Assembly: GCA_017444895.1 (NCBI GenBank)
Contig: JAFSVR010000025.1
Span: 1-46,353, forward strand
Reading direction: 5' to 3'
From: Clostridia bacterium
GTDB lineage: Bacteria; Bacillota; Clostridia; Christensenellales; UBA1242
DNA length: 46,353 nt
Translations under genes and position numbers: made by a program
The notes under the pieces: model-generated
The model's database searches: none
Seen by the model: only the letters and a program-made list of their open reading frames with translations
What the model was told of the DNA's origin: nothing
Part shown: positions 45,983-46,353 of the stretch, piece by piece
How the letters are laid out: every line of letters starts with the position of its first letter
How positions within the stretch are numbered: position 1 is the first letter of the stretch

Positions 45983-46353
45983 TTATCTCTTGCTGAATTG
46001 TGGTGCTTTTCTTGCTTTCTTAAGGCCGTATTTCTTACGCTCTTTCATTCTTGGATCTCTTGTTAAGAATCCTGCGCCTTTAAGTTCTGCTTTATATCCT
46101 TCGTTTGCAAGAACAAGTGCACGAGCAATTCCATGTCTAATTGCGCCTGCTTGGCCAGCAAGTCCACCGCCATAAACATTAACAAAAACATCATATTTGT
46201 TTTCAGCATCAACCAAAACAAGGGCTTGTTTTGCAATAATCTTTAAGGCGTCCATGCCAGCAAAATATTTATCAAACTCAGTTTTGTTGATAACAAAGTT
46301 TGCCTTGCTTGATGGAATAAGGCGAACTCGTGCAATTGCTTTTTTTCTTCTTC
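45983..46353 (-). CDS. rpsI: 30S ribosomal protein S9 (5' end outside the window)
   Basis: [11 protein letters not shown] at the window edge; [19 protein letters not shown]...[19 protein letters not shown]. Confidence 0.98.
   Translation of the reverse strand, partial: RRKKAIARVRLIPSSKANFVINKTEFDKYFAGMDALKIIAKQALVLVDAENKYDVFVNVYGGGLAGQAGAIRHGIARALVLANEGYKAELKGAGFLTRDPRMKERKKYGLKKARKAPQFSKR

Noticed and set aside
1-46353. Alternative genetic code as an explanation for the degenerate motifs; also CRISPR, tRNA, IS or prophage
   Set aside because: Conserved proteins (UvrA/B, GlyQS, Ung, ribosomal proteins) translate with intact motifs under the standard code, and the substitutions involve many different residues; no arrays, cloverleafs, transposases or phage genes were seen

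Overview
AT-rich, gene-dense chromosomal window from a Firmicute, probably a spore-forming Clostridia-like lineage. This is inferred from the rplU-prp-rpmA cluster with a Prp-cleavable L27, a large Alu-containing SRP RNA, a T-box, SpoIVFB and sigma-E/G-like promoters. It is mostly housekeeping: floA, ogg, minDE, uvrBA, glyQS, sepF, groESL, lgt, acpS, acpP, ung, trxB, htrA, rpsI. No CRISPR, tRNA/rRNA, IS element or prophage was seen. The most unusual signals are: (1) an rnfC-D-E-A-B operon with no rnfG, where the recognisable flavin and membrane-Fe motifs are gone but the soluble Fe-S motifs are kept; (2) directly downstream, full-length Ppx and MreB homologues that have both lost their ASKHA phosphate/catalytic motifs; (3) a minimal transcriptional glycyl T-box with a 35-nt Stem I, the GGC specifier in the apical loop and no Stem II; (4) an SRP RNA with a UGAC instead of a GNRA tetraloop; (5) several apparently leaderless genes; (6) a CIRCE-less, GGM-less groESL; (7) a frameshifted recX. 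All calls come from reading motifs by eye and comparing them with remembered family consensus sequences. No searches were run.
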